A stretch of DNA of 64,000 bases from Eubacteriales bacterium (GCA_031549925.1 JAVBPA010000033.1:13498-77497), one strand, 5' to 3'; positions 19,111 to 29,737 are shown, counted from the stretch's first letter. Program-made: numbers and translations. The notes: generated by a model not told the origin, from the letters alone.

Positions 19111-20922
19111 CTACCGTTTCATTTTTGGGTCAAATGCGTCACGTAAACCGTCGCCTATAAAATTAAATCCGAGAACTGTAATTAAAATTAAAAATCCTGC
19201 CGGAATCCAGACGAACAGATAATTTGTCATAACAAAGCTGTCGTTAACTGCGTTTACAATATTTCCCCACGAGGCATACGGATATTTTACACCCAAATTT
19301 AAAAATGAAAGTGTCGCTTCCGTTAAGATTATTCCTCCGAGTCCCATTGTGGCGTATACAATTAGCTGAGGGATAACATTTGGTATCAAATGCTGAAATA
19401 TTTTTCTTGTTGTAGATATTCCCAGTGCTTCCGCCGCTGTCATAAATTCCTGTTCGCGGAGCGACAATATTTGGCCGCGTACAACCCTTGCTATGCCTGT
19501 CCAGCCCGTTACGCCGAGTATTACCATTAATAGATATATACGCAGCGCAGCGCTTACTTTCAATGTGCTCATGACAGAGCCGAGTATTAAATAAAGCGGG
19601 ATATTAGGTATACAATTTATTGTATCGACAATCCTCATTATAACAGTGTCAATCCATCCGGTGAAATATCCGGAAATACCCCCCATTATAACACCGATAA
19701 ATATTTCTATAAATATTACAACGAAACCGATTGTGAGTGATATTCTGCCGCCGTACATCAAGCGGGTTAACAAGTCCATTCCGTAACCGTCCGTTCCCAC
19801 CGGATGTTTTATACTCGGCGGAGCAAAAACGTCAAGTAAATCCACAGCGTCTATAGTCCGTATTACAAATTCCATGTCTTTGCGTTCAATCGTATAGGTT
19901 GTTTCATTACCGTTTGTATCAGTGTATATAAAATCGCTTGCCCCCGCTTTTAAAGCTTTGTCGAATTCATCTCGGAAAGCTATTGAAATAGTTATACTTT
20001 CCGCTATCGGAGTAACAAGCAGATTAGTGATATCAGCATAATTTATTGCTTCTCCGTTTCCCGTATCCTTTGATATTACTGTTTTATTTTCTTTTGTAAT
20101 AAAATTATACGAAACACCGTTTAACGAAAAATTATTTTCATTCCGTGACAGAGCTATTTCTGCGGCGAGAGCTGTATCATAGGATATTGTTTCATTATTA
20201 TCATAAGGGGTAAATATATCTTTCGACAATAGAACGGTATCTATTTTTTTATAAATATAAGAGGAACGTTTTGAAAGAAAAACGTAATATTCATCGTTTT
20301 GATAATTAAAAGACGCTCCGCTTTCTCCTTCTTTGACTATCTTATCCGCTTCCTCAATAAAATCCTCGTTTAAAGATGAAGTTGAAAGAGGTGTATAACT
20401 AGTTTTACCCGCGACAGTAACAAACGAAGCGATTTTTATTTCTTGAAATAAATAATATGTGTCCTCAGATATTTTTTCGATATAATAAACGATTTCATCG
20501 TTGTCAATTTTTGCGCTGAAATTATTTTGGTTGTTGTTCAAGCTTAATATGAACGTAGCTTTCGCTATCGAGTTGAAATTATAACCTTCACGGATCAGAT
20601 AGTAATAATTTTCATTATAAGTAGCTCCCGCATAAATTTTAGGTTCATTTTCAACTTTCATAAATTGCTGTGTTTCTGTATACGGAGAAATTATCGGTCC
20701 TAAAAATGAAAATAAAAACATTGCGATTATGATAATAAGCCCTATCATCGCTAAACGGTTTCTGAAAAAACGTTTTAACACAAGCATGGAAGGGGACAAA
20801 ACTTTTATCCGGTTTTCATCGTCAAGCGCAGGATGAGATACTTTTTTTGTTGATTTGTTTTTATTTAAATCTACATTTTTATTATTTTGGTTGTCTTTTG
20901 AATGACGGTCGTCTTTTTTCAT
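19111..20922 (-). CDS. oppC: Oligopeptide-type ABC permease with large extracytoplasmic insertion
   Basis: OppC N-terminal RFFRNRLA; HPVGTDGYGMD; EAA-loop EFMTAAEALG; GDGLRDAFDPK. Confidence 0.9.
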   Translation of the reverse strand: MKKDDRHSKDNQNNKNVDLNKNKSTKKVSHPALDDENRIKVLSPSMLVLKRFFRNRLAMIGLIIIIAMFLFSFLGPIISPYTETQQFMKVENEPKIYAGATYNENYYYLIREGYNFNSIAKATFILSLNNNQNNFSAKIDNDEIVYYIEKISEDTYYLFQEIKIASFVTVAGKTSYTPLSTSSLNEDFIEEADKIVKEGESGASFNYQNDEYYVFLSKRSSYIYKKIDTVLLSKDIFTPYDNNETISYDTALAAEIALSRNENNFSLNGVSYNFITKENKTVISKDTGNGEAINYADITNLLVTPIAESITISIAFRDEFDKALKAGASDFIYTDTNGNETTYTIERKDMEFVIRTIDAVDLLDVFAPPSIKHPVGTDGYGMDLLTRLMYGGRISLTIGFVVIFIEIFIGVIMGGISGYFTGWIDTVIMRIVDTINCIPNIPLYLILGSVMSTLKVSAALRIYLLMVILGVTGWTGIARVVRGQILSLREQEFMTAAEALGISTTRKIFQHLIPNVIPQLIVYATMGLGGIILTEATLSFLNLGVKYPYASWGNIVNAVNDSFVMTNYLFVWIPAGFLILITVLGFNFIGDGLRDAFDPKMKR

Positions 20923-20937
20923 TAAAAATAACCTCCG

Positions 20938-21924
20938 TCAATTAATATGGACACGCGGATCTACAACCGCATATAAAATATCCGCAATTAAGGTGCCTAC
21001 TTGCGTCAGAATTGCCATGAATAACAAATAAAACATAGAGAAAGGAATATCTCCGCTCATTATACAGTTATAAGCGGTAAAGCCGATACCCGGAATCGAA
21101 AACAATTGTTCGATAATCATTGCTCCGGCAAAAAGACTCGGTAAAGTACCGCCCAATATAGTAACAACAGGAATCATCGTGTTTCGGAAAGCGTGGCGGT
21201 TTATAACGATTTTTTCCGGCAATCCTTTTGCTCTTGCGGTTCGGATATAATCGGAGTTCAAAACTTCAAGCATGTTTGTCCTTGTATAACGCATCAAAAA
21301 ACCTATGCTGACAATTGTTAATGTCGCGACTGGTAATATATAGTGAAGCATTACATCAAGGAATTGCCCTCCGGCGGTAAGTTGAGTATAGAAACGCCCT
21401 ACTTTCCCGTTAAGCGGAAGCCAGCCGAGTTTTACGGCAAAAAGTAATTTTAAAACGGTTGCAAAGAAAAATGAAGGCAATGATATACCTACCAAGGCAA
21501 AAACAGTAACCGAATAATCAATTTTACTGTATTGTTTTCTTGCCGCCATAATTCCGAGCGGAATCGATATTGCCACTTCTAAAATCATAGTGGCAAGGCC
21601 CAGCCAAAATGAATCCCATATAACAGCTTTAAACTTTTCTGTGACAGGCATATTATAAGCCCAGGAATCACCGAAATTTCCTTTTAAAGCATTGCCAAGC
21701 CATTTAAAAAATCCGGTTATAGGATCAGAATCGATGTTATACAAGCGATTTAATTGGGAAAGACATTCGGTATAGCTTTTAGCTCCCGGTTTTGATGACA
21801 TTTCACGGGCTTTCGCTTCAACGAATGAAGTCGGAAGGCATCGCATAATCGTATATATAACAATAGAAACAAGAAATAAAATCAGAATTGTAAGCAGTAT
21901 ACGGCGTATCAGAAATTTCCACAT
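20938..21924 (-). CDS. oppB: Oligopeptide-type ABC permease
   Basis: FLIRRIL, GNFGDS, DYIRTARAKGL, ADILYAVVDPR. Confidence 0.9.
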   Translation of the reverse strand: MWKFLIRRILLTILILFLVSIVIYTIMRCLPTSFVEAKAREMSSKPGAKSYTECLSQLNRLYNIDSDPITGFFKWLGNALKGNFGDSWAYNMPVTEKFKAVIWDSFWLGLATMILEVAISIPLGIMAARKQYSKIDYSVTVFALVGISLPSFFFATVLKLLFAVKLGWLPLNGKVGRFYTQLTAGGQFLDVMLHYILPVATLTIVSIGFLMRYTRTNMLEVLNSDYIRTARAKGLPEKIVINRHAFRNTMIPVVTILGGTLPSLFAGAMIIEQLFSIPGIGFTAYNCIMSGDIPFSMFYLLFMAILTQVGTLIADILYAVVDPRVHIN

Positions 21925-22236
21925 AATTGACCTATAAAAATATATTTAAAATTGAGATGATTATCAACAATTAATATTGATTATTAAAATTATATTATAA
22001 AAATAAATCCTTTTATTTAATTATAAGCAGATAAATTATTTCTTTCGTGTTAATATTTTATCTAAATGTAGATTGTTTCGGAAATATAATACATAATATA
22101 TATAATTATACACAAGATATTTTAAAATAAATAGCTTATAAAAATAGAATAGGGTATATTTTATCTATAAATTCCATTTAAATAGTATACATAATAATAA
22201 TTAATTTGCAATATTTATTTTTTGGCAATAAATTTA

Positions 22237-22282
22237 ATCAAGTCCAACAAACTATTTAAAACAACAGAATGTCGGACTTGAT
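22237..22282 (-). other. Stem-loop in oppA-oppB intergenic RNA
   Basis: ATCAAGTCCAACA / TGTCGGACTTGAT gives a 13-bp stem on the minus-strand RNA with one G-U pair. Confidence 0.6.
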
Positions 22283-22311
22283 ACTTAATATTTGATACTT
22301 GATACTTGATA
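22277..22311. repeat. 7-bp tandem repeat (CTTGATA) x5, imperfect
   Basis: cttgata cttaata tttgata cttgata cttgata. Confidence 0.75.
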
Positions 22312-22357
22312 TCAAATACTCAAAAAATAATTACAAACTAATATCTATATTGAAAAA

Positions 22358-24784
22358 TTATTTTGCGATTTCGTTTACTTCCAAAAGTTCAATATCGTTT
22401 GCCCAGCCCCAATATGTCGTAATATCAGGGGTGATTGTATCGATAACAATTCTTTCAGAGCTGAATATAATTATATTTTGTCTTTGATAAATTGGTATTT
22501 CACATGCCCAGTCAATGATAATATCAAGACAACTCTTATAAGTGGATTTTCTGTAATCCTGATCGGAGTTCATACGCGCGTCTACAATTAATTTGTCAAG
22601 AGTCGCATCGTTTATATGATAATGATTAGAACCGCTTCCGCTGTCGGAAATACCGGAGCTGTGATAGACCTGATACATATCGGGATCAATTGTTGCGCCC
22701 CATGCTGCAACCCAAAGTTCCTGAGTTCCCGCATCAAGACGTTCCCACAATAAACCGGAATCAGATAAATCGTTTATTTCAAGAGTAATACCTATATTTT
22801 TAAATGCTGCTGATGCGTTTGATATTACCTGGAAGCTGGGGTGATCTCCCTTGCCGTCTCCCGGAATTAATATTTCGTAAGAAAGCTTTGTTCCTTCGGG
22901 AGCCGCTGTAAATTTTTTGCTTGCTTCATCGTAAGTGAATCCTGCAGATTTCAAATATCCGATTGCAGCTGTCAAAGCTGCCGCATATTTATCTTCCGCA
23001 CTCATTGTATCTGTGTAAATATCTTTTCCGTCAACATCTACTGAAAAAGCAACTTTATAATCAGGATCAGATTTTTGAGGAGCAGCCCATGATGTGTTTG
23101 AAATAGGATAATTTATAACCGATGCAGCATCTCCGTAAAAGCTGTTTATTGCTACATCGCGGTAAACGGAAATTACAGTTGCTAAACCCTTACGTAAATT
23201 TTTTGATTCTGTTGATGAAGAATTGCTTCCGACGCGTACTGTATCGGAATTCAATCCTATATAACCATATCCTAAGTTATCGACGGCATTTGTTGTTATT
23301 ATATTACCGGTGATATCTCCGTTGTTTATTTTGCGTATTTCATCAAATTTCGATTTTGAACCGCTCGGATTTGATATATCAGCGTCGCCTGATTCAATAG
23401 CCGTGATTTTATCTGCTTCAAGCATTTCCTTGTATTGCAAGAAAGCTATTTTCGGACAGCCCTTATAATAGTTTTCATTTGCTTCATAATAAACTACTTC
23501 GTTTTTGTATTCTATAAATTTATAAGGACCCGCACCCATCGGAGCAGATGTTTTTAATGCAACATTGGATAAATCGCCGTAGTCGTGACCGAACTTATTG
23601 TTTTTATAATCGTATTTATCGGTTTCGCCGTAGTAATGAAGCGGAGCAATTTGTATTCCGCAAATTGAATAAATAGCGGAAGCTTCAAAGCCTTCTGTCG
23701 TAACTTCAACTGTATATTGTCCTGTTTTCTTAATACCTTCTATATTCGGTATTCCGTCAGCGCTCATAGATTCATCTTTTGAACCGTATTCCGAAATGAA
23801 TCTAAGATTTGCTGTTCCGAGAACATCTGTTTCATCGGCTTTTTCGGTATCCCAATATAAAACCGGATCTCCGCCGTAAGAAGTGTAGCATTCATTATAA
23901 TAATCTTCAAGGGTCGGATATGATGATTTTAAATCATAAGATTTTCCGTTGACAGCCGTCACAAAGTTACCGGATTCATCCAAATCACCGTATCCCCATG
24001 TGAGCATACCGAAAGCAACTCTAAGACCTTCGTTATCTTTTATTTCATCAGGAGTTTTGTCCAATAATGCGGCATAATCTTCCAAATAATTTTCTAAGCA
24101 GTGATCTATAATAGCTTGAATATCTTCCATCCAAACTTCCTTTAAAGTATTCCAATAGGAGGTTTGAACAGCTTCTGTCCAAGAATCATTTGCCGACCAT
24201 TTGTGATCAGCTCCTGCTTTGAATATATCGGTTGTATATTGTTCATATTTTTTATAGACTTCATCTGACGTTTGTGTCAAATAATTTTTAAGACCTATTA
24301 TTTTATATGATGAAAGAGTAGTAGCTCCTACATATGACGGATCAAGATATACATAGTAATTAAAAATAATATCATCAGCGGTCATTTCGGTGCCGTCTGA
24401 AAATTTAACGCCTTTTTTCAAGGTTATCTTATATGTCGTTTTATCGTCTTCCTGGTTAACCTTAATATCCGAAATACCGGTATATTTGTACGGTGTTCCG
24501 TTATATGAAACTGTTTCCCCTCTTATCGAATTGTAGATTATTCCTCCAACGCGATCCGTTGTTAAAAGAGATAATTGCGTCATACCTACGATATCCATAT
24601 CGTATGCGGTTTCGGCAAAAAACGGGCTGAATTTTAAACTTAATTTGTCGGTTGCCACGACAAGCGGAGTCGTTATAGTCGGAGCTGTCGCAAGTTTTGT
24701 ACATGATATAGACATTGAAGCGATCATTATAAAAACGATAGCCAAAGTAAATATCTTAACATAGCTTTTTTTGATTTTCATCAT
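22358..24784 (-). CDS. oppA: ABC substrate-binding lipoprotein, family 5 (enlarged)
   Basis: Lipobox SISC; LKKGVKFSDG..MTADD, PMGAGPYKF; heads the opp operon. Confidence 0.88.
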   Translation of the reverse strand: MMKIKKSYVKIFTLAIVFIMIASMSISCTKLATAPTITTPLVVATDKLSLKFSPFFAETAYDMDIVGMTQLSLLTTDRVGGIIYNSIRGETVSYNGTPYKYTGISDIKVNQEDDKTTYKITLKKGVKFSDGTEMTADDIIFNYYVYLDPSYVGATTLSSYKIIGLKNYLTQTSDEVYKKYEQYTTDIFKAGADHKWSANDSWTEAVQTSYWNTLKEVWMEDIQAIIDHCLENYLEDYAALLDKTPDEIKDNEGLRVAFGMLTWGYGDLDESGNFVTAVNGKSYDLKSSYPTLEDYYNECYTSYGGDPVLYWDTEKADETDVLGTANLRFISEYGSKDESMSADGIPNIEGIKKTGQYTVEVTTEGFEASAIYSICGIQIAPLHYYGETDKYDYKNNKFGHDYGDLSNVALKTSAPMGAGPYKFIEYKNEVVYYEANENYYKGCPKIAFLQYKEMLEADKITAIESGDADISNPSGSKSKFDEIRKINNGDITGNIITTNAVDNLGYGYIGLNSDTVRVGSNSSSTESKNLRKGLATVISVYRDVAINSFYGDAASVINYPISNTSWAAPQKSDPDYKVAFSVDVDGKDIYTDTMSAEDKYAAALTAAIGYLKSAGFTYDEASKKFTAAPEGTKLSYEILIPGDGKGDHPSFQVISNASAAFKNIGITLEINDLSDSGLLWERLDAGTQELWVAAWGATIDPDMYQVYHSSGISDSGSGSNHYHINDATLDKLIVDARMNSDQDYRKSTYKSCLDIIIDWACEIPIYQRQNIIIFSSERIVIDTITPDITTYWGWANDIELLEVNEIAK

Positions 24785-25011
24785 TGTCCTCCTGTATTAT
24801 TTATTATTTGTTTGTATAATTTTCCTCATAGTATTATATCATAGCAAGAAATAGTTGTCAACAAAATAAAATATAAAATGAATTATTAATTAAGAAATAT
24901 TGTTTTAATTATTATGGGAATATTATTTTATTTTTATTTACTTGATGTCTTTTATATGATATAATGCGTCTGACAATGATAATTTAATATAAGAGAGGAT
25001 AATGTGGTTTT

Positions 25012-26475
25012 ATGATAAAATACGATATCGGTCTTGTAGGACTTGCCGTTATGGGTGAAAATCTGGCTATTAATATTGAGTCAAAAGGTTTTTCGGTAGC
25101 GGTTTATAACCGTACTGTTTCAAAAGTCGACGATTTTATTTCCGGACGGGCCGAAGGTAAAAACATCGGAGGAGCGGCTTCGCTTGACGGTCTTGTTTCG
25201 ATGCTGAAAACTCCTCGTAAAATATTACTTATGATAAAAGCGGGCGATCCTGTAGATGAAATGATAGAAACTTTATTACCTATTCTTGATAAAGGCGATA
25301 TTATTATAGACGGCGGAAATTCACATTTTCCGGATACTTCCCGAAGAACCGCTTATGTCGAATCAAAAGGCTTGCTTTATATAGGTACGGGAGTTTCCGG
25401 CGGAGAAGAAGGCGCGCTGCTTGGTCCTTCGATGATGCCCGGAGGATCACCCGCGGCATGGGAGCATGTTAAACCTATTTTACAGGCTGTAAGCGCGCAA
25501 ACTGATGATGGATTTCCCTGCTGCGATTGGGTCGGAGAAGGAGGAGCCGGTCATTTTGTTAAAATGGTGCATAACGGTATAGAATACGGTGATATGCAAT
25601 TGATTTGCGAAACTTATGATATTATGCGCGGCGCATTGGGTATGAGTGCACCGGAAATGTATGAGGTTTTCGCTAAATGGATGAACACTGAACTTGACAG
25701 TTATTTAATAGAAATAACAAGAGATATTCTTGCTTACCGTGATTATGACGGAGAACCGCTGGTAAACAGGATTCTTGACACGGCAGGCCAAAAGGGAACA
25801 GGGAAATGGACCGCTATATCAGCTCTTGACGAAGGAGTTTCTCTTACATTGATAGCGGAGGCTGTTTATGCGCGTTGTCTTTCTGCGATGAAAGAGGAAA
25901 GAGTTTATGCTTCCGGTTTGTTAAAAAGCGGTATAGAAAACAAACCGATGTATTCTGAAGAAGAAAAAATAAAATTATTGGAAACATTACGCGGAGCCTT
26001 GCTTGCCGCGAAAATAATTAGTTATGCTCAAGGATATGCTCTTATGCGGTCGGCTGCCAAAACATACGGCTGGAATTTAAATTACGGAGGTATAGCCCTG
26101 ATGTGGAGGGGCGGTTGTATAATACGTTCTGTATTTTTAGGCAGAATAAAAGAAGCTTACGATAGAAATCCTTCGCTTACAAATTTATTGCTTGATCCGT
26201 ATTTTACACAAAAAATAAACGAACTTGCTCCGTCATTGAGAGAAGCGGTTATAAACGGCGTAAAATGCGGAGTATCAATACCGGCTTTTTCGGCGGCTCT
26301 TTCATATTTTGACGGTTATAGGAGTGCGAATCTTCCGGCAAATCTTCTCCAGGCGCAGAGAGATTATTTCGGAGCTCATACATACGAGCGCGTTGACAAT
26401 CCCAGAGGGAAATTTTTTCACACAAACTGGACAGGTCACGGAGGAACAACCGCCGCCAGTGAATACACGGTTTAG
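25012..26475 (+). CDS. gnd: NADP-dependent 6-phosphogluconate dehydrogenase
   Basis: GLAVMG.NL, SGGEEGA, KMVHNGIEYGDMQ, GQKGTGKW, QAQRDYFGAHTY. Confidence 0.96.
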   Translation: MIKYDIGLVGLAVMGENLAINIESKGFSVAVYNRTVSKVDDFISGRAEGKNIGGAASLDGLVSMLKTPRKILLMIKAGDPVDEMIETLLPILDKGDIIIDGGNSHFPDTSRRTAYVESKGLLYIGTGVSGGEEGALLGPSMMPGGSPAAWEHVKPILQAVSAQTDDGFPCCDWVGEGGAGHFVKMVHNGIEYGDMQLICETYDIMRGALGMSAPEMYEVFAKWMNTELDSYLIEITRDILAYRDYDGEPLVNRILDTAGQKGTGKWTAISALDEGVSLTLIAEAVYARCLSAMKEERVYASGLLKSGIENKPMYSEEEKIKLLETLRGALLAAKIISYAQGYALMRSAAKTYGWNLNYGGIALMWRGGCIIRSVFLGRIKEAYDRNPSLTNLLLDPYFTQKINELAPSLREAVINGVKCGVSIPAFSAALSYFDGYRSANLPANLLQAQRDYFGAHTYERVDNPRGKFFHTNWTGHGGTTAASEYTV

Positions 26476-26583
26476 TTTGTGTTTTTAAACTACCAAAACT
26501 ATTAAAACAGTATTTTTTGCGGATATATGGATTTTTAATTATTATTTAAAATATTAAATAAAATAACACGGAGTTAAAATAAA

Positions 26584-27963
26584 ATGCAAAAACCTAATAT
26601 TCTTTTTGTTTTTTCGGATCAGCAAAGATGGTGCGACTTAGGTTTCCGCAATCCGGATATAATAACCCCAAGACTTGATCAATTCGCCCGTGAAGGAACA
26701 TCGGTAAGCAATTTCTATTCCAATTGTCCGGTTTGTGTTCCGGCGAGAGGAACACTGCTGACGGGACTTTATCCCAAAAAACACGGAGCTATAACAAATG
26801 ATTTCCGCGTATACAACGAAACCAGATCAATAGCCAATGTTTTAAATGAAAACGGGTATGATACCGCTTATATAGGTAAATGGCATCTCGGAGGAGTTCC
26901 GAGAGATCAATTTATCACGGAAGAGAAACGTCTCGGATTTAAATATTGGCGGGGTTGCAATTGTAATCACCATTATTTAAAATCATATTATGATGACAAC
27001 GATAATGTACGTCACGCGGAAGAAGGATATGAACCGCGTATTCAAACCCGCTTAGCACTCGAATATCTTGATTCAACCGAACGCGGTAAACCTTTTGCTT
27101 TGTATCTTTCGTTCGGAACACCGCATGATCCTTATGAATTTGTTCCTCAGGAAACGCGTGAATTATACAATCCCGAAAATTTTACGCTTAGGAAGAATGT
27201 TTCGTTCCCGGCATTGCGTTCTCAAACCATAAAATTCGACGAAACCAATATGAGATCACAGATTCAAGGTTATTTTGCACACATTACCGAGCTTGATAAC
27301 GCTATGGGCGCGCTGCTTGATAAACTGGACGAAATTGGAGAAGCGGAAAATACAATCGTCATATATACATCAGATCACGGAAATATGCTTGGTTCACACG
27401 GTTATACCGATAAACAGCTTCCTTATGAGGAATCGTCACGTATCCCTTTTATAGCCCGTTACGGCAAAAAGCTGAAAGGCGAAAAGGGGAGTATATCAAG
27501 CTTGGTGGATTTAACACCGACTATTCTTTCGCTTGCGGGAATTGATATAACAAACGAAAAATTTGACGGAAAAGACCGCTCTGCTATGCTGCTGGGTGAA
27601 GAGGACGGAGGAGGGGCATATTGTGTCGAATATATCCCCTGTCATCAGGCAACGCTCAGAGGAAGCGGTGAATGGCGTTTGCTCAGATACGGAGACTATA
27701 AGATAGTACGCGGCCCGTATAAAAATTCCGATGAAAATGAATGGGAAACCGAACTTTATGATTTGAAAAATGATCCGTATGAATTAAATAATGTCGCAAA
27801 AGATGAAAAATACAAAAATATTTTAGACGATATGATATTCCGAATAGACGGCGAAGTGGCGAAACATGACGCATACCAAACATGGACAGAATTTATCCGC
27901 AAAAACGGTTATACGGAATTTTGGAATGAAAGCCAGAAATATTTCGGGCTTGAAGGGCTTTAA
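26584..27963 (+). CDS. Cys-type sulfatase, cytoplasmic
   Basis: KPNILF..SDQ, CVPARGTLLTG (CxPxR), GKWHL, SDHG; no signal peptide. Confidence 0.92.
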   Translation: MQKPNILFVFSDQQRWCDLGFRNPDIITPRLDQFAREGTSVSNFYSNCPVCVPARGTLLTGLYPKKHGAITNDFRVYNETRSIANVLNENGYDTAYIGKWHLGGVPRDQFITEEKRLGFKYWRGCNCNHHYLKSYYDDNDNVRHAEEGYEPRIQTRLALEYLDSTERGKPFALYLSFGTPHDPYEFVPQETRELYNPENFTLRKNVSFPALRSQTIKFDETNMRSQIQGYFAHITELDNAMGALLDKLDEIGEAENTIVIYTSDHGNMLGSHGYTDKQLPYEESSRIPFIARYGKKLKGEKGSISSLVDLTPTILSLAGIDITNEKFDGKDRSAMLLGEEDGGGAYCVEYIPCHQATLRGSGEWRLLRYGDYKIVRGPYKNSDENEWETELYDLKNDPYELNNVAKDEKYKNILDDMIFRIDGEVAKHDAYQTWTEFIRKNGYTEFWNESQKYFGLEGL

Positions 27964-28043
27964 GATTAACTTAAAATTTAGATTCGAAACAACAGTTTAT
28001 AATATAAAAAACCTAAAAGGATTTATATTATATCATATATTGT

Positions 28044-28799
28044 TTAATTTGTTTGCTTCGGTTTTGATTGTCTTTGTTTTTTTGCGGGCTGCTCGGATTT
28101 TTTGATTTTTTGGAAATCCACAAGCTCGTGAAAAGAATTGATAACGTCGCAAAGTCCTCCTACAGCTCCGATAAGTCCGAGTTTTACCGCTTCCGAACCG
28201 TCAATAATACTTCCGATATCGGTTGCGATTTCGTCCGTTCGCATCATAAGCGTACGAATCGCTTCCGGATCGGCTTTTGAATGTGCTCCGATAAATGAAA
28301 GTATACGTTCCTGCATTTTACTGAAAAAATAATAAGTTTGAGGAGCGCCGATAACTGTTCCGTTAATACGTACCGGATGGAGCGTCATTGTGGCGGTCGG
28401 AACAATAAAAGATCGTTTTGCTGATATGGCAAGCGGAACTCCGATAGAATGTCCGCCTCCGAGAACAAGCGAAACCGTAGGTTTTGTCATGGACGCAATC
28501 ATTTCTGCTATTGCTAGTCCGGCTTCAACATCTCCTCCTATAGTGTTTAAAACGATTATAAGACCATCGATCGATTCATCCAGTTCTATTGCGATAAGGA
28601 GCGGTATCACATGTTCATATTTAGTGGTTTTGTTACCGCTTCCGAGAAGATAATGACCTTCAATTTGACCGATAACAGAAAGGCATTGCAGTCTGAGTCC
28701 CCCTCCGACAGCCGTGATTGTACCGTTTTTGATGACATTTTCTATTTGAATTTCCTGTTCTTTTATCTCGAGTTCCTGATTCTCTTGTTCGTTTATCAT
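28044..28799 (-). CDS. tepA: ClpP-like protein TepA
   Basis: IGQIEGH, TTKYEHVIP, LNTIGGDVEAGLAIAE, GGGHSIGVP, HPVR; start placed at ATG 28799 behind GAGGT. Confidence 0.88.
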   Translation of the reverse strand: MINEQENQELEIKEQEIQIENVIKNGTITAVGGGLRLQCLSVIGQIEGHYLLGSGNKTTKYEHVIPLLIAIELDESIDGLIIVLNTIGGDVEAGLAIAEMIASMTKPTVSLVLGGGHSIGVPLAISAKRSFIVPTATMTLHPVRINGTVIGAPQTYYFFSKMQERILSFIGAHSKADPEAIRTLMMRTDEIATDIGSIIDGSEAVKLGLIGAVGGLCDVINSFHELVDFQKIKKSEQPAKKQRQSKPKQTN

Positions 28800-28893
28800 G
28801 AAAAACCTCATTTATTTAATAATTCGCATATAATTTTTAATATAAATATAGTATAATATCTATTATAAAAATTATACTTGGAGGATTTTTTTA

Positions 28894-29469
28894 ATGGCAA
28901 ATAAAGTTTTGGTTGAAACATCGGCAAGACATGTTCACTTGACGGATTCGCAGGTTGAAGCGCTGTTTGGAGCGGGTGCGAAATTAACAAATAAAAAAGA
29001 ATTAAGCCAGCCCGGACAATACGCCTGCGAAGAACGCGTGACAATAATCGGACCCAAAAAATCGATAGCGAATGTTATAATATTAGGGCCGACTCGTCCC
29101 GCCGGGCAAGTTGAAATTTCATTTACAGACGCCCGCACGCTCGGAGTTGACGCGCCTGTCCGTGAAAGCGGAAAAGTTGAAGGAACACCCGGAATTAAAC
29201 TTGTCGGACCGGCAGGAGAAATTGATTTAGAACAGGGTGTTATCATAGCGAAACGTCACATTCATACAAATCCGGAACAAGCTGCTGAAATGGGTGTTTC
29301 CGATAAACAAATTGTATGCTTGAAAATAGAATCCGAACGCACTACTGTATTCGGCGATGTTCTGGTTCGCGTAAGTCCGGATTTTAATACTGCGGTTCAT
29401 ATTGATACGGATGAATCGAACGCCGCCTGCGCTTTCGGCAAATGCTACGGGGAAATAATAGTACAATAA
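28894..29469 (+). CDS. pduL: Phosphate propanoyltransferase/PduL-type phosphotransacylase
   Basis: SARHVHL, LSQPGQY, QVEIS.TD, AKRHIH, HIDTDESNA. Confidence 0.92.
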   Translation: MANKVLVETSARHVHLTDSQVEALFGAGAKLTNKKELSQPGQYACEERVTIIGPKKSIANVIILGPTRPAGQVEISFTDARTLGVDAPVRESGKVEGTPGIKLVGPAGEIDLEQGVIIAKRHIHTNPEQAAEMGVSDKQIVCLKIESERTTVFGDVLVRVSPDFNTAVHIDTDESNAACAFGKCYGEIIVQ

Positions 29470-29567
29470 ATTTTTTGCGGTATGCGAATTCAAAGCGGTA
29501 ATTTCAAAATCAGCGGTTTCGTAAGAAGTTTGATAAAAGATAAAAATACCTCTTCTTTTATTCCGGA

Positions 29568-29595
29568 ACAAACATCTGTATTTTGCATATTATAT
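29568..29595 (+). promoter_or_regulatory. Putative sigmaE/sigmaK-type promoter of spoVM
   Basis: AC (29568-29569), 16 bp, CATATTAT (29586-29593). Confidence 0.5.
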
Positions 29596-29656
29596 TAACG
29601 TATACTACCGAACGTTGATATATTCATATGTATGTAATGAGGAAGGCGTTATTTTT

Positions 29657-29737
29657 ATGAAAATTGTTATAGTAAAATCACCGGCTTTTTTCCGTCCGTT
29701 TTTACGGAAATTATTCAAAATAAAAAAGAAAAAATAA
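29657..29737 (+). CDS. spoVM: Stage V sporulation protein M (26 aa, MKIVIVKSPAFFRPFLRKLFKIKKKK)
   Basis: 26-aa amphipathic peptide with Pro9, GAGGAAGG RBS, mother-cell-type promoter and own terminator; not in the ORF track. Confidence 0.8.
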   Translation: MKIVIVKSPAFFRPFLRKLFKIKKKK

